From an uncultured Marinobacter sp. (GTDB taxonomy: Bacteria; Pseudomonadota; Gammaproteobacteria; Pseudomonadales; Oleiphilaceae), in assembly GCA_966210405.1 (NCBI GenBank), contig CBIHLH010000002.1:1903-65902 (forward strand): a stretch of DNA of 64,000 nucleotides, read 5' to 3'. A program made the position numbers and the translations under genes. Below, in pieces: positions 41,071-50,610 of the stretch. The notes beneath the pieces were generated by a model. It searched no databases, had not been told where the DNA came from, and saw only the letters and a list, made by a program, of their open reading frames with translations. The first letter of the stretch is position 1; each line of letters opens with the position of its first letter.

Positions 41071-41937
41071 TTATTCAGCCGGGCCGGCGGGTTTGATTCG
41101 CCCCCGGATATCCAGCCAGCTATCCACAAAAGCCAGAACCACTAACAGAATCAGCAGACTTGGGCCCAGCAGAACCATGGCGATATAGAACATCACCAGC
41201 CACTGGGTACTCAGTTGTTTACGACCCACAATGCCGTGAACCAGCGCCAGACCGGCCAGAGCCAGCGGCGTACCCGCCGACCACACCAGCAGCATGGAGT
41301 TCAGCCCGAGAAACGGGCCCACCACCATGGTGATGGCGCACACGGCAGAAGCCGCGGGCGACAACCGCAGGGTATGGAATTCCTTGCGGAATCCGCCGGG
41401 GTTGTAAAGCCCCGCCTGCCAGGCTCTCGCCAGCATGGTCATGCCCACACCCGTTGCCAGGTAGGTGCCCGCCATGCTGGCGTTCATGGTGTCCCGTATT
41501 ACCTGCTCGAGATCGTCTCCGAGCGTTCGGGCCACATCGGCATTGTACTGTTCGTAAAAACTGACCCCGGCACGGACCAGCTCGTCCAGCAGGCCGGGGT
41601 ACACCACAGGCAACATCAGCCCTGTGATGATCGCCAGAAAGCTCCCTCCGAGAAGGGCTCTTTCCCAGGACAGCGTGGCTCTGATGATCGACGCCACCAG
41701 CATCACTTGCAGCAACACTGCCAGGGCCGTCGGGTCTCGCCCGAACAACCCCCAGCCGAGTGCCGGGAGCAATGCCCAGAGGCCGATATTCAACCCCTGC
41801 CGGATGCCCAACCTGAGAATAACCAGGCCGACAACCGCTGCGCCAATCCAGAACAGCAACGGTACCGCAGTCGTGAATGCAGCAACCCCGCCGGCCTGCA
41901 GGGGACCGCGCATTACATACTGTGCCAGTGCACGCAT
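41071..41937 (-). CDS. YybS/DUF2232-like membrane protein
   Basis: Multi-TM protein between rpsR and rplI, as in Pseudomonas-type operons; [17 protein letters not shown]. Confidence 0.75.
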   Translation of the reverse strand: MRALAQYVMRGPLQAGGVAAFTTAVPLLFWIGAAVVGLVILRLGIRQGLNIGLWALLPALGWGLFGRDPTALAVLLQVMLVASIIRATLSWERALLGGSFLAIITGLMLPVVYPGLLDELVRAGVSFYEQYNADVARTLGDDLEQVIRDTMNASMAGTYLATGVGMTMLARAWQAGLYNPGGFRKEFHTLRLSPAASAVCAITMVVGPFLGLNSMLLVWSAGTPLALAGLALVHGIVGRKQLSTQWLVMFYIAMVLLGPSLLILLVVLAFVDSWLDIRGRIKPAGPAE

Positions 41938-41963
41938 GGTCCCAAGTCCTGTCAATCTGTTAC

Positions 41964-42194
41964 TTAGTTATCGTGGCTGTCCGAGTACGGCAGCAGTGCC
42001 AGGTAGCGGGCGCGCTTGATAGCGGTAGCCAGCTGACGCTGATAACGTGCTTTGGTGCCGGTGATGCGGCTGGGCACGATTTTGCCGGTTTCAGTGATGT
42101 AGCCTTTCAGGGTGTCCAGATCCTTGTAATCGATCTCTTTAACACCTTCTGCCGTGAAGCGGCAGAACTTGCGACGTCTGAAAAAACGAGCCAT
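41964..42194 (-). CDS. rpsR: 30S ribosomal protein S18
   Basis: [23 protein letters not shown]. Confidence 0.98.
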   Translation of the reverse strand: MARFFRRRKFCRFTAEGVKEIDYKDLDTLKGYITETGKIVPSRITGTKARYQRQLATAIKRARYLALLPYSDSHDN

Positions 42195-42219
42195 AACGTA
42201 ACTCCTCAACTCCGGTTAA

Positions 42220-42645
42220 TTACTCTTCTTCGTCCTGGGTCTCGGCCTTCTCACGATCCTGACGGTCGTCAGATTCAGCGGAACGGCGCGGACGGTCATC
42301 TCCGCCGGAACGACGGTCCTCACGGGACTCGGCGGCTTTCATCGGAGACATATCGGTAACGGATTCATCGCGACGCAGAATCAGGTCACGGATGATGGCA
42401 TCGTTAAACCGGAAGTTGTGAGTCAGCTCGTCCATCGCGGCCTGTGAACATTCAATGTTCATCAGTACGTAATGGGCTTTGTGAATCTTGTTGATCGGGT
42501 AGGCCAGGTGACGACGGCCCCAATCTTCCAGGCGATGTACCTTGCCGCCATCTTCGGTGATGACGCTGGTATAACGCTCGATCATCGCGGGCACCTGCTC
42601 GCTCTGATCCGGGTGTACCATAAACACGATTTCGTAGTGACGCAT
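42220..42645 (-). CDS. rpsF: 30S ribosomal protein S6
   Basis: [28 protein letters not shown]; ends QDEEE. Confidence 0.98.
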   Translation of the reverse strand: MRHYEIVFMVHPDQSEQVPAMIERYTSVITEDGGKVHRLEDWGRRHLAYPINKIHKAHYVLMNIECSQAAMDELTHNFRFNDAIIRDLILRRDESVTDMSPMKAAESREDRRSGGDDRPRRSAESDDRQDREKAETQDEEE

Positions 42646-42726
42646 GAGTTCTCCCTACGGTTTCAACAGCCTCCCTTCAGCAAACCCGCACAATACGCGC
42701 CGGCCGCCGAACGTGGAAGCAAGGAG
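42646..42726 (-). promoter_or_regulatory. S6:S18 ribosomal leader RNA
   Basis: CTCCTTGCTTCC...GGAGGCTG...CCGTAGGGAG, like the E. coli rpsF leader. Confidence 0.65.
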
Positions 42727-42856
42727 GTGACAGCCAGGCTGCCGGTTTCGTTTTGCTTTCTCGATAAGGCTTTACAGGAAGGCCTGATCAAAAGCGCGAT
42801 TCTGGATCGCCGTTGTCCAGGCAATACAAAATCTCCCCACAAAAAAGGGGAGACGT

Positions 42857-42885
42857 ATTCTAGGCGGGTAAGGCCCTCTGTGCAA
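42857..42885 (-). promoter_or_regulatory. Sigma70 promoter of the rpsF operon
   Basis: TTGCAC-17 nt-TAGAAT on the minus strand. Confidence 0.7.
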
Positions 42886-42888
42886 GGG

Positions 42889-43626
42889 TTAACCAAGACG
42901 TTGGCGCAAGGCCTCATAAAGGCAGACGCCCGTGGCCACCGACACATTCAGACTGTCCACGTGCCCCTGCATGGGAATGTTGATCAACTGGTCGCAATGC
43001 TCGCGGGTCAGGCGGCGCATGCCCTTGCCCTCAGCCCCCATCACCAGGGCCACTGGTCCGGTGAAGTCCGCCTGGTAAAGCGTCGCATTCGCCTCGCCCG
43101 CCGTGCCAATCAGCCAGACCCCCTGGTCTTTCAGGACCCTGAGGAAGCGGGCCAGGTTGGTCACGCGCACAAACGGGACGGTTTCGGCGGCACCACAGGC
43201 CACCTTGCGGGCGACAGGGGTCAGCGACGCCGATTTATCCTTGGGCACAATAACGGCCTGTATGCCCACCGCATCCGCCGTGCGCATACAGGCCCCCAGG
43301 TTGTGGGGGTCGGTAACGCCATCCAGCACCAGCAGAAAGGGCGACTGATCGCTGCCGGAAAGCTGGGCCAGGAGGTCGTCCTCGGTCCACTCCCGGCTTT
43401 CACTGACCGATGCCACGATACCCTGATGGACGCCTGCGACACGCTCGTCAAGCTCCTTCCGGTGTACCACCTTCCAGCGCACACCGAGGCCGTCAAGGGC
43501 ATCGGTAATGCCTTTTACCCGCTTGTCCTGTCGACCGGTCTGAATCCAGACCTGCTGCAAACGCTCCGGTTCGCGCTTGAGGACTGCCTCAACCGCGTGC
43601 CAGCCAAACACATACTCTCCGGACAC
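42889..43626 (-). CDS. rlmB: 23S rRNA Gm2251 methyltransferase
   Basis: LDGVTDPHNLGA, VMGAEGKGMR, SLNVSVA. Confidence 0.96.
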   Translation of the reverse strand: MSGEYVFGWHAVEAVLKREPERLQQVWIQTGRQDKRVKGITDALDGLGVRWKVVHRKELDERVAGVHQGIVASVSESREWTEDDLLAQLSGSDQSPFLLVLDGVTDPHNLGACMRTADAVGIQAVIVPKDKSASLTPVARKVACGAAETVPFVRVTNLARFLRVLKDQGVWLIGTAGEANATLYQADFTGPVALVMGAEGKGMRRLTREHCDQLINIPMQGHVDSLNVSVATGVCLYEALRQRLG

Positions 43627-43641
43627 TGAGGAGCCTTCCTG

Positions 43642-46203
43642 TTACTTGCGAGGTTTACGTTTTTTGCCGGCCTTGCCCTTATCCAGCGACAGCTTTGCAG
43701 CCTGAGCAATCAACTCTTCCCTGGCGGACAGGGGCTCGCCTTCTTTACGCGCTGCCGGCTTTTCGGCAGTGGTGGAAGACGACGCCGGGCGTTTGCGCGC
43801 CGGCTTCCGGGACGAATCACCAGGTTTCTCCGAGTTCCGGCCCGAACCCTCGCGGGCGCCGGCTTTTCCGCCACTGCCACCCCGTTTGCCCTGACCCTTG
43901 CTCTTACCTTTCCCCCGGTCATCCTTCCCCGGAACCTCAAGCGCATCCCGGTCCGCCTGACGGTGGACTGGCTCGCTGATCAGCTCCAGATCTATCTTAC
44001 GATCCTCCATGCCTACACGAACCACCTTCACCCGAACCTCGTCACCCAGGCGGAAGCTCATGGCCGTGCGCTCGCCAATCAGCCGATGCTTGGCGGCGTC
44101 GTGGTGGAAATAGTCGCCGCTCAGAGTGGAGACGTGCACCAGCCCTTCAATATAGACACCCGACAATTCCACGAAGAAGCCAAAGGGCACCACGGCCGCG
44201 ATCACACCGTCGAACTCCTCGCCGACATGGTCGCTGAGGTACTCACACTTCAGCCATGCCATGACATCCCGGGTCGCATCGTCCGCCCGGCGCTCGGCCA
44301 TGGATGTGTGCTCACCCAGCTGCTGCATGCGGGCGAAATCGTAGGGGTATTGCGCCAGTTCCGGGTCCGGCTTCGGGGGCGTGACAATATCCTTGGATGT
44401 CGGGGCACCGTGCACCACGGACTTTATCGCCCGGTGGGCAATCAGGTCCGGATAACGCCGGATCGGCGAGGTGAAGTGGGCGTAGCCCGCAAATCCCAGG
44501 CCAAAGTGCCCCCCCTCTTCCGGGCTGTACACCGCCTGGCTGAGTGAGCGCAGCATCACCGTCTGGATCACGTTGGCGTCGGAGCGGTCTGCGATACTGC
44601 TGAGCAGCGCCTGGTAATCCGCCGACGTGGGCGAATCACCACCGCCGAGCTGCAAACCAAGCTCCCCGAGGAACAGGCGAACCGCATTCAGGCGCTCTTC
44701 CGACGGACCATCGTGCACCCGGTAAAGGGCAGGCAGCTTGTGTTTCTTGAGGAAACGGGCGGTGGCCACGTTGGCACACAGCATGCACTCTTCGATAATC
44801 TTGTGGGCATCGTTGCGGCGAACCGGGACGATTTCCTCAATCTTGCGATCGGCGTCAAAGACGATTTTGGTTTCGGTGGTTTCAAAATCGATCGCGCCGC
44901 GCTCGGTTCTGGCTTTGCGCAGCAACTGGTACAGCCCGTACAGGTTATGCAGTTGGGGCAACACATGGGCGTACTGCTCGCACAGCCGATAGCCCTGCTC
45001 CGTGTCCGGCCGCTCCAGCATGTCGCTTACCTTGTTGTAGGTAAGCCGGGCGTGGCTGTACATCACCGCCTGATAGAACTGATAACTGCTGATGTTCCCG
45101 GCCGCGCTGATGGTCATATCCGCTACCATGCACAGACGATCCACGCCCGGATTCAGGGAACACAGGCCATTGGACAGCTTCTCCGGCAGCATGGGCACCA
45201 CATGATCGGGAAAATACACAGACGTGCTTCGATTCACCGCCTCTTCGTCCAGCGGCGTTCCGGGCCGGACGTAATGGGACACATCGGCAATGGCCACCAA
45301 CAGGCGGTAGCCACCCCGGGGCCGGGGTTCGCAATACACCGCGTCGTCAAAATCACGGGCGGTTTCGTCATCAATGGTCACCAACCGGAGGTTGCGGATA
45401 TCAACCCGGTTCTGTTTGTCCTTTTCCGTGACCTCTTCCGGAATCTGCGCGGCCTGCTCACCAACGGCCGGCGGCCAGCTGTGGGGAATGTCGTAGCTGC
45501 GAATGGCCACATCAATCTCCATCCCCGGCGCCATGTGCTCGCCCAGCACCTCGACCACCTTACCCAGGGGCTGGGTGCGCACGGTCGGCTGACGAACGAT
45601 ATCCACCACCACATACTGGCCATGGCGAGCATCGCCGCAGTTTTCCGCGGGGATCAGCACTTCGTGATTGATCCGGGCGTTTTCCGGAACCACAAAGCTG
45701 ATGCCGCTTTCCTGAAAAAAGCGACCTACGGTCTGGCTGGTGCGGTATTCCAGCACCTCCACGATAACCCCTTCCCGCCGTCCGCGGTCGTCAACACGAT
45801 CCACCCGGGCGGCGACGCGGTCGCCGTGAAACACCTGGCGCATCTGACGCGCCGTCAGGAACAGATCGCTGCCGCCATCGTCCGGGATCAGAAAACCGAA
45901 ACCATCCTTATGCCCCACAACCCGGCCGGCAACCAGCTCGGCCTCCTCAAGGGGCAGGTAGGCGCCCCGGCGGTTACAGATCATCTGGCCGTCACGGCAC
46001 ATGGCTATCAGCCGGCGCCGCAAGGCCTCAATGCCTTCCGGCGACGTCTGCCCCAGCTCCTGGCACAGGGTTTCGTGAGTCGCGGGTGCGCCACGCTCCT
46101 TGAGGTGTTCGAGAATGAATTCCCGGCTCTGGATCGGGTTATCGTACTTTTCTGCCTCGCGACTGGCGTGCGGGTCCCGGTCTGCCTTTTTCCTGGAAAC
46201 CAT
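43642..46203 (-). CDS. rnr: Ribonuclease R
   Basis: TIDDETARDFDDAV, HFTSPIRRYPDL, S1 domain and basic tail; start ATG 46203. Confidence 0.97.
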   Translation of the reverse strand: MVSRKKADRDPHASREAEKYDNPIQSREFILEHLKERGAPATHETLCQELGQTSPEGIEALRRRLIAMCRDGQMICNRRGAYLPLEEAELVAGRVVGHKDGFGFLIPDDGGSDLFLTARQMRQVFHGDRVAARVDRVDDRGRREGVIVEVLEYRTSQTVGRFFQESGISFVVPENARINHEVLIPAENCGDARHGQYVVVDIVRQPTVRTQPLGKVVEVLGEHMAPGMEIDVAIRSYDIPHSWPPAVGEQAAQIPEEVTEKDKQNRVDIRNLRLVTIDDETARDFDDAVYCEPRPRGGYRLLVAIADVSHYVRPGTPLDEEAVNRSTSVYFPDHVVPMLPEKLSNGLCSLNPGVDRLCMVADMTISAAGNISSYQFYQAVMYSHARLTYNKVSDMLERPDTEQGYRLCEQYAHVLPQLHNLYGLYQLLRKARTERGAIDFETTETKIVFDADRKIEEIVPVRRNDAHKIIEECMLCANVATARFLKKHKLPALYRVHDGPSEERLNAVRLFLGELGLQLGGGDSPTSADYQALLSSIADRSDANVIQTVMLRSLSQAVYSPEEGGHFGLGFAGYAHFTSPIRRYPDLIAHRAIKSVVHGAPTSKDIVTPPKPDPELAQYPYDFARMQQLGEHTSMAERRADDATRDVMAWLKCEYLSDHVGEEFDGVIAAVVPFGFFVELSGVYIEGLVHVSTLSGDYFHHDAAKHRLIGERTAMSFRLGDEVRVKVVRVGMEDRKIDLELISEPVHRQADRDALEVPGKDDRGKGKSKGQGKRGGSGGKAGAREGSGRNSEKPGDSSRKPARKRPASSSTTAEKPAARKEGEPLSAREELIAQAAKLSLDKGKAGKKRKPRK

Positions 46204-46347
46204 TGGTGTCCTTGTCCTGATGCTGCCCCCTGTTACCGGGCGGCGTGATTGAGTTTGCTGACGAGTATAACGCCCACCCCGCACAACTGCCTAACCGCAG
46301 GGAAAATATAAGCATAAATACGGTCGGACGTTTTTTGAAAAAAACGT

Positions 46348-46376
46348 TTGACAGCCATTTGCGGAATTATTAAAGT
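46348..46376 (+). promoter_or_regulatory. Sigma70 promoter of tRNA-Leu
   Basis: TTGACA-17 nt-TAAAGT followed by discriminator ACGCGCC. Confidence 0.75.
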
Positions 46377-46462
46377 ACGCGCCATCGGTTGAGCGACAAC
46401 AACAACCGTTGGCAGAAAGGCTCGGTTTTTCAAGACACTATGAGCTGAACTGCAAATCACCT

Positions 46463-46549
46463 GCCGAGGTGGTGAAATTGGTAGACACGCTAGCTTCAGG
46501 TGCTAGTGGGGGCAACCCCGTGGAGGTTCAAGTCCTCTCCTCGGCACCA
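46463..46549 (+). tRNA. tRNA-Leu(CAG)
   Basis: GCCGAGG...CCTCGGC-ACCA; anticodon arm CTAGC-TTCAGGT-GCTAG; long variable arm. Confidence 0.96.
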
Positions 46550-46668
46550 CTTCTTCCCTCAGGAAGTGGTCTGATCCCAAAATTCCCTACGAAAAGCCCA
46601 AAAAAGCCCAGGCATCAAAATGACCGCCGGCCGCTGACTAGCGCGCCTCAGGCTGCCATTGCCGTTTC

Positions 46669-48549
46669 CTACTCCAGCAATCCGATAAGATAGTCCGACA
46701 GGTTCTGGTAGCCATAACTCACCCGGGCGTAGACGCCAGACGGCACATTCTCGAACTCCCGACCGCAACGACGCTCGCCCCCATACCCTTTGAGATAGGC
46801 CTGGGCGATAAGGTTTTCCGCACCCTCCTGCAGAGCCGGGCTGTTCGCATCGGGGTAATACAGAACCCATTCGAAGTCACCCCCGGAGTCCACTCTGCCG
46901 AGACTGGCGGTCACAGGGTCGAGAAACCCGAAACGCAGGGGGCGGTTCAGTCCGTTGCGTCGGTCGAGCTCCAGGGCGAGCCCGGTAAACCCGGTTGGCT
47001 GGGGCTCGTAACCGGTGAACAGATAGGGCTGGATAGCGGTTACCGCCTGGCCGACACTGACGGCCTCCGGGTCAGGAGTGCAGGTTTCCACCGGCCCGGT
47101 AAACGTCAGGGCAGCCTGTTCGACGCCCTCCTCCAGGAGGCGATAACCCGGGAAGCCGGGCTCTGCGTTGAGGGTGGCGGGAATCAGTGAGCGGGTCACG
47201 ACACCACCGGCCCGTGGAATTTCGGCAACCAGCGCCTCCAGATGACCGTCCTGCATTGACCAGCTGTAGGTTATTTCCGGATTACCACCAAGCTCAGAGG
47301 ACCCCGCCTGAACGCCTTCGTGATCGTGGCAGGTGGTTGTGGTTTCAAAATAGATGCGGCGATTCTGCCAATCAAAGAGCAGGCGTTCGTCGACGCCGGC
47401 GATGCCGTAACTAACCGCGCTTTGCGGGGACAACGACGCTGCCGGCAGCCACTGCGGGTCCAGCCGGGCAGGGTAACCACTGACGCCAACCAACCTCGCG
47501 AGCTCCGGCAGCGATGGCGCCAGGCATCCCTCGGCGCTGACCGACATCAGACGGCCATCTTCCGCATAATCAAACATCAGATGCGCGGAAACCGCCAGAT
47601 CTGACCGGTTGGCCGGCAGGGTATCGGTTCTTTCCGGTTCGGCGTACACCCTCTGGCTGGTCAGCAACATCGGGTCACTCAGCGCCAGCGGCACGTCCGG
47701 GAGTACCAGGGCATCCGGGTCCACATTGGCGTAGTTGCCCTGCGCGGCGGTATCCACCACGGCAATCACCTCGTCAGCATTCTGCACCAGGGAAATACCC
47801 AGCAGGAAGGCCGCCTGGGGACTGAGGTACCGCTCTGTGCCCTCACTGTCATTAGCCGACAGCGCGGCATTGTAGGCATCGGGTATCTGGCTGGCCATGA
47901 AGCGGGCAAGGGCCCGGGCGTAGGCATGGGCACGATCATCTCCGGCCAGCACGTAATCCTTGAGCAGGTTCATGCCGGCCAGACTTGTCGCCAGAGCGCC
48001 GGACGACTCCGGCAGCGATCCCAGGCCAGCCAGACCGCGGTAGCGCGCCAGGGTGGTCAGCGGTGTGATGTTGCGGACCCCGGCACTCGCGGACATCAGG
48101 TAAGCCCGGGCAACCGCCAGATCACCGGCGCCGGTCTCCTCCAGGGTTTTTCCCGGCAGGGCCACGGCGTATAGCGGATAGTTCCTCGGGTCGATATCCG
48201 GCCCCACCGCCGGGTCGAGTGCCAGGCCAGACACGTCCAGCGAAAACACCCCACCCGGTCCGCTCATGGCTGTCGGCTCACCGCCCGGCAGGGTAATCGT
48301 CCGACCCGAGGACAATTCGAGTTCCACCGCCCCGCCGGTGTACTGGCTGTCGCCGTCCATATCCAGCCAGACCCGGGCATGATTCAGGTAGCCGTCGATC
48401 ACCTTGCCGGTGTAGGGCGACGACGCGCTGTAGCCAACGCCATCAAAATCCCGGCCATCCACGGGCAGCTCATCGGACTCCTTGCCGCATCCGGCGAGGG
48501 CGAGGGCGAGGGTGGAGACCGTAATACAGAAGCAAATGAAGCGTTTCAT
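46669..48549 (-). CDS. Uncharacterised 626-aa lipoprotein
   Basis: Lipobox LAGC; GKVIDGYL..ARVWLDMDGD and ITPLTTL motifs; beta-rich C-terminal half. Confidence 0.8.
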   Translation of the reverse strand: MKRFICFCITVSTLALALAGCGKESDELPVDGRDFDGVGYSASSPYTGKVIDGYLNHARVWLDMDGDSQYTGGAVELELSSGRTITLPGGEPTAMSGPGGVFSLDVSGLALDPAVGPDIDPRNYPLYAVALPGKTLEETGAGDLAVARAYLMSASAGVRNITPLTTLARYRGLAGLGSLPESSGALATSLAGMNLLKDYVLAGDDRAHAYARALARFMASQIPDAYNAALSANDSEGTERYLSPQAAFLLGISLVQNADEVIAVVDTAAQGNYANVDPDALVLPDVPLALSDPMLLTSQRVYAEPERTDTLPANRSDLAVSAHLMFDYAEDGRLMSVSAEGCLAPSLPELARLVGVSGYPARLDPQWLPAASLSPQSAVSYGIAGVDERLLFDWQNRRIYFETTTTCHDHEGVQAGSSELGGNPEITYSWSMQDGHLEALVAEIPRAGGVVTRSLIPATLNAEPGFPGYRLLEEGVEQAALTFTGPVETCTPDPEAVSVGQAVTAIQPYLFTGYEPQPTGFTGLALELDRRNGLNRPLRFGFLDPVTASLGRVDSGGDFEWVLYYPDANSPALQEGAENLIAQAYLKGYGGERRCGREFENVPSGVYARVSYGYQNLSDYLIGLLE

Positions 48550-48702
48550 CGCAGCAGCCGTTCATTCTTGTCAGAGGTTATGCCGCTACTTTAGGGGATG
48601 TCGCCAGAGGAGACCTTGATAGGTTTGGCAATTTGTAAAGTTTGGTAACCGATCACCCCACCCCCCTCGGTCAGGGGGCGGGCCGAATCACCGGATGCCG
48701 GT

Positions 48703-49842
48703 TCAGAACGAACGGGCGACGATTTCTTTCATGATTTCGTTGGTACCCGCATAGATACGCTGAACCCGGGAATCCGCCCAGGCCCGGGCAATGGGATACT
48801 CCCACATGTAGCCATACCCCCCGTGGAGCTGAACGCATTCATCCATGACCTTACACTGCAGGTCCGTGGTGAGCTGCTTGAGCATGGCAGCGGTGGGAAT
48901 ATCCAGCTTTTTATCCAGGTGCAGCTCCAGGCACCGGTCGGTGAACACCCTCGCCGCGGTGATCTCCGCTTTCAGCTCCGCCAGCTTGAACCGGGTATTC
49001 TGGAAGGCGATGACCGGCTTGCCAAAGGCCTTGCGCTCCTTGACGTAATCCAGTGTCCACTGCCACGCCGCCTCGGCGGCGGCCACCGCTGACAGTGCCA
49101 CCTGCAGGCGCTCGGCCGGCAGTTCCTGCATCAACTGGAAAAACCCCTGCCCTTCCATGGAGCCCAGCAGGTGCGTTGCCGGAACCTTCACATCCTGGAA
49201 GAACAACTCGGAGGTGTCCTGGGCTTTCATCCCCACCTTGTTCAGGTTCTGCCCCTTCTGGAATCCTTCCCAGGCGGTTTCCACCAGCAACAGGCTGGTG
49301 CCCTTGGCGCCTTCCTTCGGATCGGTTTTGGCAACCACGATCACCAGATCCGCCAGCTGGCCATTGGTGATAAAGGTTTTTGAGCCATTCAGGAGGTAGT
49401 GATCGCCGGTTTTGACGGCGGTGGTCTTGACGCCCTGCAGATCAGAGCCGGCACCGGGCTCGGTCATGGCGATGGCGGTAATCATTTCACCAGAGGCCAT
49501 CTTCGGCAGGTAGTGCTGTTTCTGTTCTTCAGAGCCGTAATTCAGGATGTATGGGGCCACGATATCGGAATGCAGACCCCAGCCGATGCCAGACAGCCCG
49601 GCCCGGGAAATTTCCTCCATTACTACAGCACTGTAACGGAAATCCGCCCCGACTCCGCCGTATTCCTCCGGCATGGTCGGGCACAGGAAACCCAACTCAC
49701 CAGCCTTCAGCCACAATTCCCGGCTGACCTGACCGTCTTTCTCCCACTGGTCGTGGTAGGGCGCGGCCTCTTGCTCCAGGAATTTTCGGACGGAATCGCG
49801 AAAGCCGTCGAGATCGGCGTCAAAAAGCGTACGTGGAATCAT
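48703..49842 (-). CDS. Acyl-CoA dehydrogenase (long-chain type)
   Basis: IAMTEPGAGSDL, NGSKTFITNG, LHGGYGYM.EY, IYAGTNEIM. Confidence 0.93.
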   Translation of the reverse strand: MIPRTLFDADLDGFRDSVRKFLEQEAAPYHDQWEKDGQVSRELWLKAGELGFLCPTMPEEYGGVGADFRYSAVVMEEISRAGLSGIGWGLHSDIVAPYILNYGSEEQKQHYLPKMASGEMITAIAMTEPGAGSDLQGVKTTAVKTGDHYLLNGSKTFITNGQLADLVIVVAKTDPKEGAKGTSLLLVETAWEGFQKGQNLNKVGMKAQDTSELFFQDVKVPATHLLGSMEGQGFFQLMQELPAERLQVALSAVAAAEAAWQWTLDYVKERKAFGKPVIAFQNTRFKLAELKAEITAARVFTDRCLELHLDKKLDIPTAAMLKQLTTDLQCKVMDECVQLHGGYGYMWEYPIARAWADSRVQRIYAGTNEIMKEIVARSF

Positions 49843-49962
49843 GGGTAACCTCGGTGAATGCCTGTGTTGTGATTGGTATTCACCAAGTCTCGGTGTGTGG
49901 CCGGTTTTGCTCAATGATGAAAACCATCAATCGGGCTGGCCAAAACCATCGCCGGCGAGGTA

Positions 49963-50610
49963 TCAGCCCGGGCGCTTGCCTTCCGCCCGGGCCTGTCCCC
50001 AACGGGGCATCAGGTCCTGAGGAATATCCAGATGGTCAAGGAGACGAGCGACAATAAAGTCCACCAGGTCCTGCACCGACTCCGGCTTGTGATAGAAGCC
50101 CGGGCTGGCAGGCAGGATCACCGCACCCATGCGGGTCAGTGTCAGCATGTTCTGCAAGTGCACCTCCGAGAACGGTGCTTCCCGGGGCACCAGGATCAGC
50201 GGCCGACGCTCCTTCAGCGCCACATCCCCGGCCCGCTCGATCAGGTTATTGCTGGCACCGGTGGCCAGCGCGGAGAGGGTGCCGGTACTGCAGGGGCAGA
50301 TCACCAGCGGCGCCTTTTCCCCGGACCCGGAGGCCGGCGGTGCAAACCAGTCCTCGCGGCCGAATACCCGAATCTGCCCGGGCTCCGCTCGGGTATAGGC
50401 GGTAAAGGTTTCCATCATGGCCGGCGGCGTGCCGGGCAGCTTCAGGTCGGTTTCCGTGGCGATCACCACCTGGGCCGCCTTGCTGACCATGACATTCACC
50501 TGACAGCCCGCCGCCACCAGGCACTGCAACAGCCGCAACCCATACTGGGCGCCGGAGGCCCCGGTAAACGCCAGATTGATGGTGCGGGATGTGCCGTGGT
50601 CTTCGGTCAT
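49963..50610 (-). CDS. ubiX: Flavin prenyltransferase
   Basis: AFTGASGAQYG, PCSTGTLS, LVPREAP, PASPGFY. Confidence 0.93.
   Translation of the reverse strand: MTEDHGTSRTINLAFTGASGAQYGLRLLQCLVAAGCQVNVMVSKAAQVVIATETDLKLPGTPPAMMETFTAYTRAEPGQIRVFGREDWFAPPASGSGEKAPLVICPCSTGTLSALATGASNNLIERAGDVALKERRPLILVPREAPFSEVHLQNMLTLTRMGAVILPASPGFYHKPESVQDLVDFIVARLLDHLDIPQDLMPRWGQARAEGKRPG

Noticed and set aside
41071-41937. No priB in the rpsF-rpsR-rplI operon, with a membrane gene in the operon instead
   Set aside because: This is the normal arrangement in Pseudomonas-like lineages.
44713-46248. Long antisense ORFs, e.g. 511 aa opposite rnr, and others opposite the TPR gene, rimK, mpl and lipA
   Set aside because: Typical stop-poor shadow frames of GC-rich, codon-biased genes; no recognisable motifs.
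26132-46549. Prophage or integrative island at tRNA-Met or tRNA-Leu
   Set aside because: No integrase, phage genes or duplicated tRNA 3' end (att site) seen in the window.
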